Shown here piece after piece: positions 12,111 to 23,145 of a stretch of DNA of 64,000 nucleotides (position 1 is the stretch's first letter; each line of letters starts with the position of its first letter). The position numbers were made by a program, and so were the translations under genes. Below the pieces are notes generated by a model. That model worked only from the letters and a program-made list of their open reading frames with translations. It made no database searches and was not told the DNA's origin. Source of the stretch: Marsupella aquatica (Eukaryota > Plantae > Marchantiophyta); NCBI GenBank assembly GCA_973895155.1, contig OZ316892.1, forward strand, positions 18,900,357-18,964,356, read 5' to 3'.

Positions 12111-12938
12111 CTAAATGCAAGTGTAGATAGAATCATGTGAATTGTGTCACATTTTGACATTGCCTTGGAAAGATCCAAGAAATATCTGTACCAATTTTTC
12201 CATTTGGTAAAGAGGATGAAGGAGCCGTTGTGTGTGACATTGATATTTCTGAATTCTGTATGTATGAAACAAGTGATTGATGTCAAACTATGGCTCTATG
12301 GTGATTGTCTATGATACTTGAATCTGTTTTGTATCATTTCAGTATTAGTGTGTATGGTATAGAGGAATACTTTGTGACCTTCTTTGTAGTCTATGAAGTT
12401 TGAATCTGTGAATTCATATTAGTGTACATGGTATAGAAGATGGCTTTCTGAAACTATGTATTCTAATGTTAACATGATGAATGGTGAACTTATAGAGTGA
12501 GTTCATTCCAAGTACACAATAAAACATGAATGCAATATGTTATTTGTGCACAAGAGTGGGTTCATTCCAAGTAGTATAGTGGGGTCTTCATCACTCATAT
12601 CCAGTTGACATGAAAGACTTATACATACCCCACAAAGTATATTTAAAGACTACCCTCCATAACCTTTTTAGTCGTTCCCAACGACTCACCATCTCAGCCC
12701 ATAAAAGACTGAAAACGACTCACCAAAGCTACCCACACAAAGACTAAAATAGACTGAAAATCCAATCTATTAAACGACTTATAAACCAGTTCTATAAAGG
12801 ACTCAGTTGATTATAGTAACAAAACATACGACTCGCAGTCCTATAAAGGACTGGAGTCCTTCCCAGTCGTTTCCAAGTCCTATACGGTACTGAATAGTCG
12901 TTTAATGGGGTCTAAATACCCCCCGGTTTCTACTAGTG

Positions 12939-14530
12939 GACCAAACAAGATCCTTACGAAATGCCAATTGAAATAAATTATCATTGGCATTCAGAACCTC
13001 AGAATCTTTATGTACACCCCAGTCCTTTAGATTGATTTCAGTGGCACACTCCTTCTTGAAATCAACATTTGATGATGCTCCATTCTCTACAAATCGCATG
13101 TGAATGTAATTCACTCTTTGGATGGTGCTCATTTGTTCACGAAATTCAGAGTCTATATTATGACTCCAAGCTAAGTTCCTTGCTTCCTAGATAGACAAGC
13201 CTGCAAAGATCCAAGATTGCACTCTCCTATACAACTTGTTGTTGGGAAATTGTAATGCCAGGTCTGCCTTTGCACAAGCAGAATGATTTCCCCCAATCAC
13301 GTAATAGTGGTAATCATTCTTTTTTGAGAAATCAAAATCAGCTTGAGTTGGGCACTCCTTGGGATCAACCAAGAGAACAAAAGGTGCTGCCAATGGACTA
13401 GCTCCAGCTGCTTTCATCCTTGTTGTCAACTGTGTAAGAAAGTAGGGTTGGATATGCCTTACTTGGTACACTGGCAACTCCAAAGATTTCTCCCGAACAG
13501 GTGGGTGAAGTTGTGCAATGTCAATTGTGATTGTCTCCTCTTGAACTCCACACCTCATCAAAATCCCTTCCTGGTACACCACCCGAGCATCCATAGACAT
13601 AGATTGAGCCTTCTGCTCCAGATGAGTGGGGCCTTTTTCCAACGTCTGCTTCTTGGATTTTGGTGGACTTGGTCTTGCACCTTGAGAACCCTTTGGTCCA
13701 CGTTTCTTTGATGAACTCCGAGTATCGGTAGTGCCCTGTGCTGATCCTCCAGTCACAGTTGTCCCCTCTTGTGATCTTGCAATTTGTGAACCAGCACCTG
13801 ATATTGGAGATGTAACAACCATCTTTCTCGCTAGGACAGAACTTGGACGAGATCCGGAAGGAGCAAAAGAAGGACCAGACTTTGGTGGACGGGCACTGGC
13901 ACTCTTCTCTGCTGCTTTTCGAAGAATCTCCCTAGACTTTCAAATTGCACTCTTCAATGTGCTGGCATGATGTTCAAACACAAAACCAGCAATGAGCTCT
14001 GCAATCTCATCGTAGCTTTCTTCTGTAGACAGATTCTTCACCTTCTCAATGATCATCTCAATGTCATCAGGCAAGTAACAATGTGCAGCTCTTCCAGAAA
14101 ATCTCTCACTGTCAACTGCAATCAGTGTAGATGTCTCCTTTGTTGTGATAAGCATATTGAGGACATCAGTCCCTCGTCGAAAGACATCAATCCGGCCATA
14201 ATTCACCCAACCAAGACCTCCAGAAGGCAAGGTCTTGTAGATGCACAACATCAAAAAAGGCTTCTTCCACGATTCTGTACCCAATGATATTGTCCAGGAA
14301 GAGTTTCCAAAATCTGTCAAAGGATGCTCAACAAAAATAGCGTCTAACACCTTCTCCTGTGATTTTGGTTCAACCATTCTGACTTCCTGAAATCAAGTCC
14401 AACAATGCAAAGTCAGCTCTGTTTGTTTTTCAAGTTCAGTTGCAGAATTCAGGTTCATGATTTCATGAAGCAAGGTTCTTACCTTGACAGTGGAGTTGGA
14501 AGTTGAATTTGCAGCGCCTGTTGTTCCCAT
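12939..14530 (-). pseudogene. ParB/Sulfiredoxin-like domain protein (transposon accessory gene), 5' part only
   Basis: ORFs 13940-14377, 13187-13822 and 12902-13132 share a frame and are separated by single stops. IDIAQLHPP...YQVR...PFVLLVD...YYVIGGNHS..A...W..AGL....A..LAW.HN is a ParB-like pattern. Short first exon at 14530 and intron ~14481-14396. Confidence 0.6.
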
Positions 14531-14699
14531 TTAGAAGAGTGTCACTGGTATTTTTATCCCTGATTTTGGCTTAGCTTATCTCCTTCACCTCCCTGGCAGA
14601 TGCCTAAGCTGATCGACCCCTCCCCACTTAATGTTGTTTGCAATGTCCTCCCCAATTTGGACCTCATCCCTTCGGCAATGGTCGATCCTCCCCAGGCCT

Positions 14700-15200
14700 T
14701 CAACTAAAGCTCCCTCTCTCGGCCTTTGACTATTGCTCCCTCCCTCACAGCGCCTCGACAATTTTCCTCCCCCCCGGCCTTAGCCAATTTCTTCCTCCCC
14801 CCCGGCCTTCGCCAATTTCTTCCTCCCCTGGCGCTTCGACTATTTTCCTCCCCCCGGCCTCGACAATTTTCTCCCCCCGGCCTCCACACGTTTTCCTCCC
14901 CCCGGCCTCGACACTTTTTCCTCCCCCCGGCCTGCGCCTCGACACTATTTCCTCCCCCAGGCCTTTGCCAATTTTTCCTCCCCTGGCCGGTGCTTCGAGT
15001 AATTCCCCTCCCCGAGGCCGACGCTTCTTCCCCGCGCCCCCGGCTGCGCCTCAACAATTTGTCCTCCCCCCGGACTTTGCCAATTTTGCATCCCTCCCCT
15101 GGCCTTCAAAAATTTCTCCTCCCTCCCACAAACTTTGCCAATTTCCTCTCCCCAGGCCTTCGACAATCCCTCCCCGAAAACTCTCTCCTGAGCACAAACT
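14700..15200. repeat. C-rich degenerate minisatellite (~24-28-bp unit, TTTTCCTCCCCCCGGCCTCGACA-like)
   Basis: More than a dozen visible units; G-runs on the minus strand. Confidence 0.9.
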
Positions 15201-17084
15201 TGCACGACAGCTTTTGATCTTGTTGTCTCCTAACCAAATTTCTTCCACTCCCTTCCACGATTAATCCTCCATTCCACGACCGATCTGCGCCTCAACAGCC
15301 AGGAAATTACAGAGTTGCACCAGATGTTGGTCCGCCCTCGATTTTCAGTTCCAGTTTAGGGATTCAACCCAACTCCTATTCAGACCACACCAATCACTGA
15401 GGGAAGAGCTTTCCACAGCACCAAGCTTCAGCCCACCATAGCTCTTCGCCAAGCTTCCTTTCCGTTCGCGCTTTGCAGATGCACGCCCACACTCCAAGCA
15501 CCTGACAGTCCAATTTGTCTCAAAATTAGCATTTTCTAATTTTTGGGGTCATGAATTCATGAAGCTTTCGCCACCTCCACTTCAGGAATCCAGGAAGGTC
15601 GTAACCCTTCATGAATTCATGAAAGGGAATCAAGTATCATTTTGAAAGAATCTAGTGAAAAGTCAAAATTTGGGCCAAAAATAACCAATACCATGGGTAA
15701 TAGAAATACAAGAAAAACCAAGAAAACCCCTAAAAATAGGGGTCATCAAAAACATTTTGGTTGCAATTGAATAGTCTCCAAAAACCTCAAAGAAAACATG
15801 GGGTAAAAATGACCAATGCATTACTGATACACTATCTTAAGAGTTTGGCATGAAAACATATGCTAAAAGTAAAAAATAAAATTATGAGAAGCCTCACAAT
15901 ATTTCAGGAGAAGACTTCACAGGAATGAATTAACCAAGTCTGCAAGAACTCTAATGAGTATTAGAAACCTGAAAACATAAGTAAACCTGTGAGATTTTGA
16001 GAAATAATAAACTATTTGTTCATGAAAGATTTCTTTCCTTGCCACTAATTCCTAATGAAGGGCGTGGCCCTTTTTCTTATTTTATTGCTAATTAAGTTTT
16101 TGAGTTATTTCCAAAATCTATAAAAGGGGCTTCGTATTCATGACTCTATCTCATTTCTATTTTTCAGTTTGAGTTCATTTGGTGTTCTAGGTGTTCCCTT
16201 GTGAGTTTTGTGCAATTTTTGAAATGGCAGCCTGTTATGAGTCAGACGATTATTTGGATGGTATTTCGGATGATGTTTCCTTCCCGGATTGTCCTTGTCC
16301 TGTTACTTCTCCAGATGCTCCTAGTAAAACCACTATTTTGGAGATGCTTCCCCCAACTCAATGAGTAAGTTGAAAGGAAAGGCTCTAAGTGTACCAAATA
16401 TTCAGCAAAAAGTATTTGGTCCTTGCCTTAGTGAGCACTCTGACTCTTCGGACTCATCTGAGAGTACAAGTCCCCCTGGCCGTCAAGTATTATCGAATCC
16501 TTCTCAAAGGGGGGTTAAATTGGGTGTGCGTTCTGTAGGCCCTCAACATAGTGGAGAGCTGAAAAAGAGGACTCATGAATTCATGAAGGCCAGATCTGGA
16601 GATGTGCCAAAAAGGCCTAGTGAAAGCCCAAAAGTGGATTTTTGTGCACTCCGGGAAAGTTGTGGTGTGCAACATGCAACAATGAAAGAGAGTGAGTATT
16701 CTCGTCCTACATCTTTCAGATTTCAAGAAGGAGTGAGAGTGGAAACAAGGAGGCCGCTTGGAACTGAGACTAATTCAAACAAGGAGAGGATCAATTTGAG
16801 AAGATCTCCAAGGAACTTTGATCATTTGGCTGAGGTTGGAAGTGGATCTAAGTAGATATACAACAAGGGCAAGAAGAAGGTCTTTGAGGAGATTCCAAAC
16901 AAGAGGCCAAGAGAGTCAACCGAAGGTGGTTTCTTTGGGAATTCAGATCGAAATCGATCAAACTCACTCCTTTTGAGAGTGAAGGAAGAGCCATTGAGTC
17001 CTCAAGGGCCTGCTCGAGGGCGGGTGAGGAGGGGTTTGTCTACATACCAACTTGATAAACTTGTGGATATATCTTCTTCAATCG

Positions 17085-17262
17085 AAGGAGCAGTGCTGAC
17101 TCAGAAGGATGATGAGGGGAATGAGTTTGTTGTGGCTTATGCCAGTAGATCAAACAATTCAGCAGAGGCTAAGTATAGCTCTTATGAGGGAGAGTGTTTG
17201 GCAGCAGTGTGGGCTGTTGCACACTTTCGTTGCTACTTGTTTGGTAACCCCTTCACCTTGAT
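17085..17262 (+). mobile_element. Ty3/Gypsy RNase H fragment
   Basis: GAVLTQKDDEGNEFVVAYASRSNNSAEAKYSSYEGECLAAVWAVAHFRCYLFGNPFTL. Confidence 0.9.
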
Positions 17263-17579
17263 AGATGCAGGTCGACCAGCCGGTCTAGGATAAGCAAGAT
17301 CTTGATTGCCTAGCTTTTTGATCCTATTCAATCTCTCATTTCCTACACAAAAGACCATCTTGAAAGCTTTCCTACACACATCTCTTTGTCCAATCATGTA
17401 TGTGACATTGGACCTCCCCTCTTCATTTCCGTCTTGCTTGATGAGCCACTGCAAAGATAAAGATCGATCCTGAGATTTTTGCCTCAAAAACTTGGAGCGA
17501 TTTGCAAATGTGAAAAGTACATGCACTATCTAGAATCCAGTCATCACTACCTGGATTTGACACTACGTTAAGAGCATAA

Positions 17580-18010
17580 CCTTGACATCACAATATGTCA
17601 TCATCATCGAGTAAATCTACCTCATGCGAGCTCGATGCCGCGTTAGCAAAGGCAGTAGGGACCTTTACTCGACAATCCCTTTTCATGTGGCCAAGCTTGC
17701 CACAATTCCAACATGCAAGAGGCTTTCTCTCTTGCGATTTCCCTCTGGATTTAGATCTCCCCCGTGATGTAGATCTAAACCTGTTCAGCCCACGCGCTGC
17801 GCTGCTCTTCTCCTGTTCACATTGAGCGCAGTGCCAGAAGAAGATGCTATCTGTGATTGACCAAGCTTCTTCTGAGCATCATCAGACAGTAAAGAGCTCA
17901 CCACCTCATTATACGAAATGGACTTCAAATCTTTGTACAACAACACCTGTTTCAAGCCCTGATATGACAGCGGTAAGGAGCTTAGCAGAAGCAAGGCCTT
18001 ATCCTCATCT
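17580..18010 (-). mobile_element. Ty1/Copia gag fragment
   Basis: DEDKALLLLSSLPLSY, RS-rich linker and zinc knuckle CWNCGKLGHMKRDC on the minus strand. Confidence 0.85.
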
Positions 18011-20961
18011 TCTGAGAGTGATGGAGAGCTTGCAGAGAGAGTTATGATGGCTAATAAACGACCGTCAAATCTCAGCTTGTGTGAAACAAAGATGACAGAG
18101 GAGGATATCAAGCCGAACATTGGTATTGAGTTCTTGGTTGAAGTCTTTTTTTGAGACTCGTGTGGAGACTCTACCAAATAAAGATGTTTCACATTTGCCT
18201 GATAATTATTCCAAACTAGAAGTTTGGAAAATATATGATTCAAGCTATGTGATCACTGATGAGTCATCCAAAATATCATATCGGCAATTTTTGAAAGTAT
18301 GGTCACAAGACTTTGGGCATGTGAAGATTCCTCCTGTGAATCGTTTGAGTGCTTGTGCGAACTGTGAAGAATTCAAAACGATTCGAGACAAAGGAGTCTC
18401 GGAAACTGAAAAACGTAAGTCATTTTCATTTTTGTTGTTTTGAACATGTCTTTGTATTAGATTTGTCAGGAAATCAATTGAGTAATGGGTAAACATTAGG
18501 AATGAATTTCAAGCTAACAACTTTGCTCTACCATTTTTGGATTGATTGCAGGGAGAGGAGAAATAATGTTACAAAAACATCAAGAACAACAATCGAAAGA
18601 GCGGGAAAAACTAGCAAAGCATCGAAAGAAATGTTTCACAAACCCAGAAAAATATTTGCGAGTTGTGATAGATGGAATGGATCAAAAAAAGACTAGATTA
18701 CCCCATTGGCCACGTCCTCCAAAATCCGTTGATGAGTCCTGTTTAATCCAAATGCACGTGGTTGGTTGTCTTCTTTTCCACGGAGCACTATTTTCTAGAG
18801 TGTTCCTTAATTATCCAATTCTCCATAATGATGGAAATCTTACCATTACTATTTTACAAAGAGTATTCTTAGAATATCAAGAGAAGTATGGGGGCCTTCC
18901 ACCAGTTTTTTAACTTCAGCTTGACAATACAAGTAGGGAAAACAAAAACAATTTACTTTTCACATATCTTCACATGCTGGTACAAAAAAAGGTATTTCGA
19001 AAAATCAAACTTGGATTCCTCTTAGTTGGACACACCCATGATCAAATAGATCAGATGTTTAGTAGGTTCTCAAAAAGGCTTGGAAGATTTAAGGCCTTTA
19101 CCTATGATAGTTTATGTAAGATTATTCAAGAATCTTACCAACCCCAACCTGAAATTACCCTTTTAAATGAGACATATGATTTTCGAAAATTTTCTTTCTC
19201 AAAGCCTGCTTTGATCAGAGAAAGGATACGAAATGTTACGTTTCATCACCAATATAAAATTTCTTTTGCTTGTGAAGATGATCAAGTTCCAACACAATGG
19301 GGGAAGAAATTTTCCACCGACATGGTTTGGAAACCAGAAGGAGGTGTTAAATTGTTGAAAGAAGACATGCCACCAAAGGTGATTGGGTGCTCTGATGGGA
19401 TGCCACTTATCAAGAAAGGAGACAAGAAACGAGATGACGGAAGGGCGGGAAACCAAGCTCATGTATCATCTTCAGGAAAAATGACGTTGTCCGAAATGGA
19501 TGATTGTTTGAATGAAATTCAAAAAGGTATATTTGCAGCTCAAATATTATTCTCGGAAGAAGAAGTTGTTTGGTGGACTTCTTTTTTTGAGGAACAAAGA
19601 GAATTCAATCGATCTCTCTTGCTTGAAGAAAGACCTTTGATCTCTCCATTTGAATGGCCCAAGGCACAAGGGGATGCAAATGTTGAAGCTCATCTCGGAG
19701 CTGAACCTCTTACAACTATATTGAATGAGGAAGAAATTGAAGAGAGAGTGTACGGTCCAACTAGAGAAATTTATGTTGGTCCATATCGAAATCAAGAAAA
19801 GATAGATGCAGAGAAGGAGAATATGGAAGGTGATTTTTTGGATTTGGAAATCAACACATTTATTTCTGTGGCCGGAGAGAAGTCTGAATCATTTTGGGTG
19901 GCTAAAGTAGAAAAAATTGTTCTTCGCGATGAGGCTCACATCCCAAAGATTATCTCAGTTTTGTGGCATGCAGCAAAGAAAGGATCCGACCCTTGGAAAG
20001 GAAAATATCTGCCAGAAGTGTTGAGTTACGAGAAGAAGAAAAGTGGACGAGGCAAGGGAACCTTGAAACCAGTTTGGTTTTGTCAAGACCTTGATCTGTC
20101 TTCAACTACGGTCTTTGCATATAATTTTATGCTAACAAGGTCTGATACTCTTTACAAGAAAACAATAGATCGTATTAAAATACGACTCTCAGAATTTCTC
20201 AAGGAGAAGCAAGACCAAGAAGGTGAAGGTAGCATAGTTAGAAATTATCAACAAGAAACTTCAATGGAAGTTCCTCTAGAAATGAATGGTAGGAATTGAG
20301 ATTTACCAATCTTAGCAATTTTGTCAAACAAGTGTATTTGCAATTTATTATTGTTTGAGTTGGTGGCAAACCATAAATGTTGTGAACATTGATGAATTCA
20401 TGAATTCATGAATCATATTGAAAGAAGTTTGACATTTTGAGAATGTCCATCGTGTGGCCAGTCTTGTTTGAGAAATTCAGAAAACAAAATATTAACTAAA
20501 AGAGGTACCTTCTAGAATCCCATATATATTTGAAAGCTTTTGATATACTCGTCATTCCCTTTGTGTGATCAAATGATGGTTTTTCTTGGTAAATGAACCC
20601 TAGGATCCTACAAACTGCAAAATAATTCAGAAATCTTGACCCTCTTTTGAAAACTTTACATATTTGGGATGTCAATGAACTTTAGGGTGGTATTTCAAGG
20701 GTGAATGTGTTATTGAGCCGATTGAATGTGTGCTAGTAATAAATTGCAACATTGAAATATGTGGTATTTGCTTATTAAATGTTTCCCACAACCAGTTTTG
20801 TGATTTTGAGTAGTCAAAATGATGCCCTATTTTGTGTTTTTTTGCAAGTTTTGAGTTCTTGCCAAAAAAAGAGCTTGTTTTTAGATGCATTTTTTGGCTT
20901 TTTCCATATTTTCAAGGTTTTTTATCATTAGTTCTTATACATTGGGCTTATTACCCATCCT

Positions 20962-21708
20962 TTAAGGCTTCGTGTTAGAGGAGTGTCCAATTCTTGCAGG
21001 CAAGCATGCAGGGACTATAACGTTCATATCACATATTCTGTTGACATCAGATGAGGGACTTCCTTTCATGCTGCAAATAGTCCAATTCCTAGTTCAAGTG
21101 GCATATGCCATGACTATTAATACTTAAGGCATGTGGTTAGACTTTAGAACATGTAGGATTGCAACTTTCTAAGTTGGTTTTCAGCCATGGTCAATTGTAT
21201 GTTACCTTTTCAAGAGCAACATGTCCTACAAGGATAAAAATGTTACTTCCAGATAGTGAAGATGGAGAAGCAAAGTTGACCAAAAATGTTGTAGATGATA
21301 AAGTTCTCAACTAAATCAATATATAAAGACCTCATCATGTGTATTCTCTTCAAAATATTTTATCACTTCTAAGTGTGAATGTTATTCTTTCACTTTTGTA
21401 TTTAAAAACATCTTTTACTTCATAGTGTCTTTGACTAATGACATATTTTACTTAATATCGACCATATTGTACTTACAACATTGTTATACTTAGTTACCAA
21501 TTTTTTTCTCCACGCCTTTTTTGCCAATGACCTCCTGGCCGACACGACATCTTTTCTCTCCATGACCTCTTGGCCGACACAACATATTTTCTCTCCATGA
21601 CCTCTTGGCCAACACAACGTTTTTTCTAGACTCCACAATCTCTTGGCCGACACATCATCTTGGCGCCCTACATAACTTCTTTTGTGCAACGCACGGGTAT
21701 TGAGCTAG
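20962..21708 (+). mobile_element. Helitron 3' remnant: PIF1 helicase C-terminus plus 3' terminus
   Basis: Degenerate translation ILAGKHAG..LPF...QF.VQVAYAMTIN..LEHVGL..VFSHGQLYV.FSRAT..TKNVV (stop ~21313); hairpin GTGCAACGCAC followed by CTAG|T at 21705-21709. Confidence 0.9.
21520..21670. repeat. ~40-bp tandem repeat (about 4 units) in the Helitron 3' region
   Basis: ATGACCTCTTGGCCGACACAACATCTTTTCTCTCC-like units. Confidence 0.85.
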
Positions 21709-22679
21709 TCCTATACTAAGGCTATGGTAAGCTCAGAGGGGTCACTATATGGAGGGCCATACATCACGTGCGACATTTTAGGGTTTGACCCCCCTAACTT
21801 ATAAGTGAAAAATATTTTTTGCAAAGCCCTTTCTTTCTTTCAAATTTGTCAGTTTTTATTAAACCACAACTCGCCGTATTTAGGGCTCCGCATTACGCGG
21901 AGTGCTCATACCAGAAGGTATCGTGTATTGTCTGCCTCCCGTATTTCTGCTGCGCCTCCTAATACCCTTCGGATACGTATTTGCAGCTGCGCCTACACTG
22001 GACCGTTCGATTCAGTATTGGACTCAAATTGTAGATCTCGACGAGATCTACAACTGGGAAAAAACAGCATCCCAAAATACCTAATATTTTGGAAGAAAAG
22101 AATCAAAAACAAACGCTGCGATCCCATTGGTTCGTATGTTTTTTGAAATTCAAAATAATCCGGGCAGCTGCAGCGGGCAGATACGGGTAGTCACAGTACA
22201 AAATGAGGGTTGATAATGGACGTATGTAAGATCTGTGCATTCATTACATAGCATGTGAAGGGATTGTCAAGACCATTACAAAAGGCTGTCCTTACGGATG
22301 GGAATTTCAAGAAGGATGGGGAGCTTTCGAGAAGAATCTTGGCTCATAAGATATTTGAAAAGCAAGAAGCTCCGTGGCAATTTCTGCCCCATATGAAGGT
22401 TCTAGTATAAATCATGTATATTGATACATCCATCAGATGCAGGATCCTAGGGCTCATATGGATGTATGAAATTCTGAACTGGATGAGGATACGGTATAAA
22501 AAGCCTGGCTGGTGAACTAGTGAACAGTCTTAGTTGTTGTCTCTTTAGGGTAGTTGCAAATTCCCCTTCTCATCTTATGTTCTGCGCTTGTATTTTGTGA
22601 AAGGACCTAAAATTGCCTTGATTATGTAGAGGATGGGGCTTGGCACCTGGTCTATGTCCTACCTTTTCCCTACTAATCT

Positions 22680-23145
22680 TGTTACCTGGTGTTTTTTTTA
22701 CTTGGACAGAAAATCAGTTTTTTGCTTATGTCAGTGGCAGTGTATGAGTGGCAGTGTATGAGCATCCTATCTTTCCTCTAGTAATTTTTTAGGTGTTTGT
22801 TTTACCAAGGCAGCACATCAATTTTGTACTTTGTTTACCAGAGTGTTTGGTATGGAGCGCCCTACCTTACTCTAGTAATCTTTTTAGGTGTTTTTTTACT
22901 TAGGCAGCACATCAGTTTTTTACTTTGTTTACCACAGTGTATGGGATGGAGTGTCCTACCTTTCTATCGTAATCTTTTTAGGAGTTTTTTTTACTTAGGG
23001 AGCACATCAGGTTTTTTCTGTGTTTACCACAATGTATGGGATGGAGTGTCCTACCTTTCTATAGTAATCTTTTTAGGTGTTTTTTTTTACCTCGGCAGCA
23101 CATCAGTTTTTTTCTTTGTCTACAACGATGTATGGGATGGAGCCT
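22680..23145 (+). repeat. ~83-bp tandem repeat (5-6 units) ending at the transposase start codon
   Basis: TAGTAATCTTTTTAGGTGTTTTTTTACTTAGGCAGCACATCAG...GTATGGGATGGAG units. Confidence 0.9.

Larger units (their letters stand above)
1..12938 (+). mobile_element. CACTA/EnSpm DNA transposon, right part (left end outside the window), with probable cargo genes
   Basis: TnpD- and TnpA-like genes, subterminal ACGACT/AAAGACT/AGTCGT repeats at ~12615-12900, and terminus CCGGTTTCTACTAGTG (reverse complement CACTAGTAGAAACCGG) at 12938 that abruptly interrupts a minus-strand ORF. The left boundary is not seen, so inclusion of 1-5000 is inferred. Confidence 0.8.
16224..20299 (+). pseudogene. Sola-like DDD transposase (DUF7869-type), rearranged and inactivated
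   Basis: CANC, IDGMDQKKTRLPH, LQLDNTSRENKN, FLLVGHTHDQIDQMFS motifs; intron ~18415-18551; stops at ~16853 and ~18911; foreign inserts at 17085-18010. Confidence 0.8.
12939..20961. mobile_element. Sola-like (DUF7869-type) DNA transposon with two divergent genes; left part cut by the CACTA insertion
   Basis: Transposase on +, ParB-like gene on -, AT-rich subterminal region, and junction ...TTACCCATCCT|TTAA into Helitron helicase coding sequence. Confidence 0.6.

Noticed and set aside
14638-15264. Pro-rich or Gly/Arg-rich ORFs in several frames
   Set aside because: Artefact of a stop-poor C-rich minisatellite
21779-21787. TTTAGGG plant telomere motif within the TIR
   Set aside because: Single occurrence, not an array
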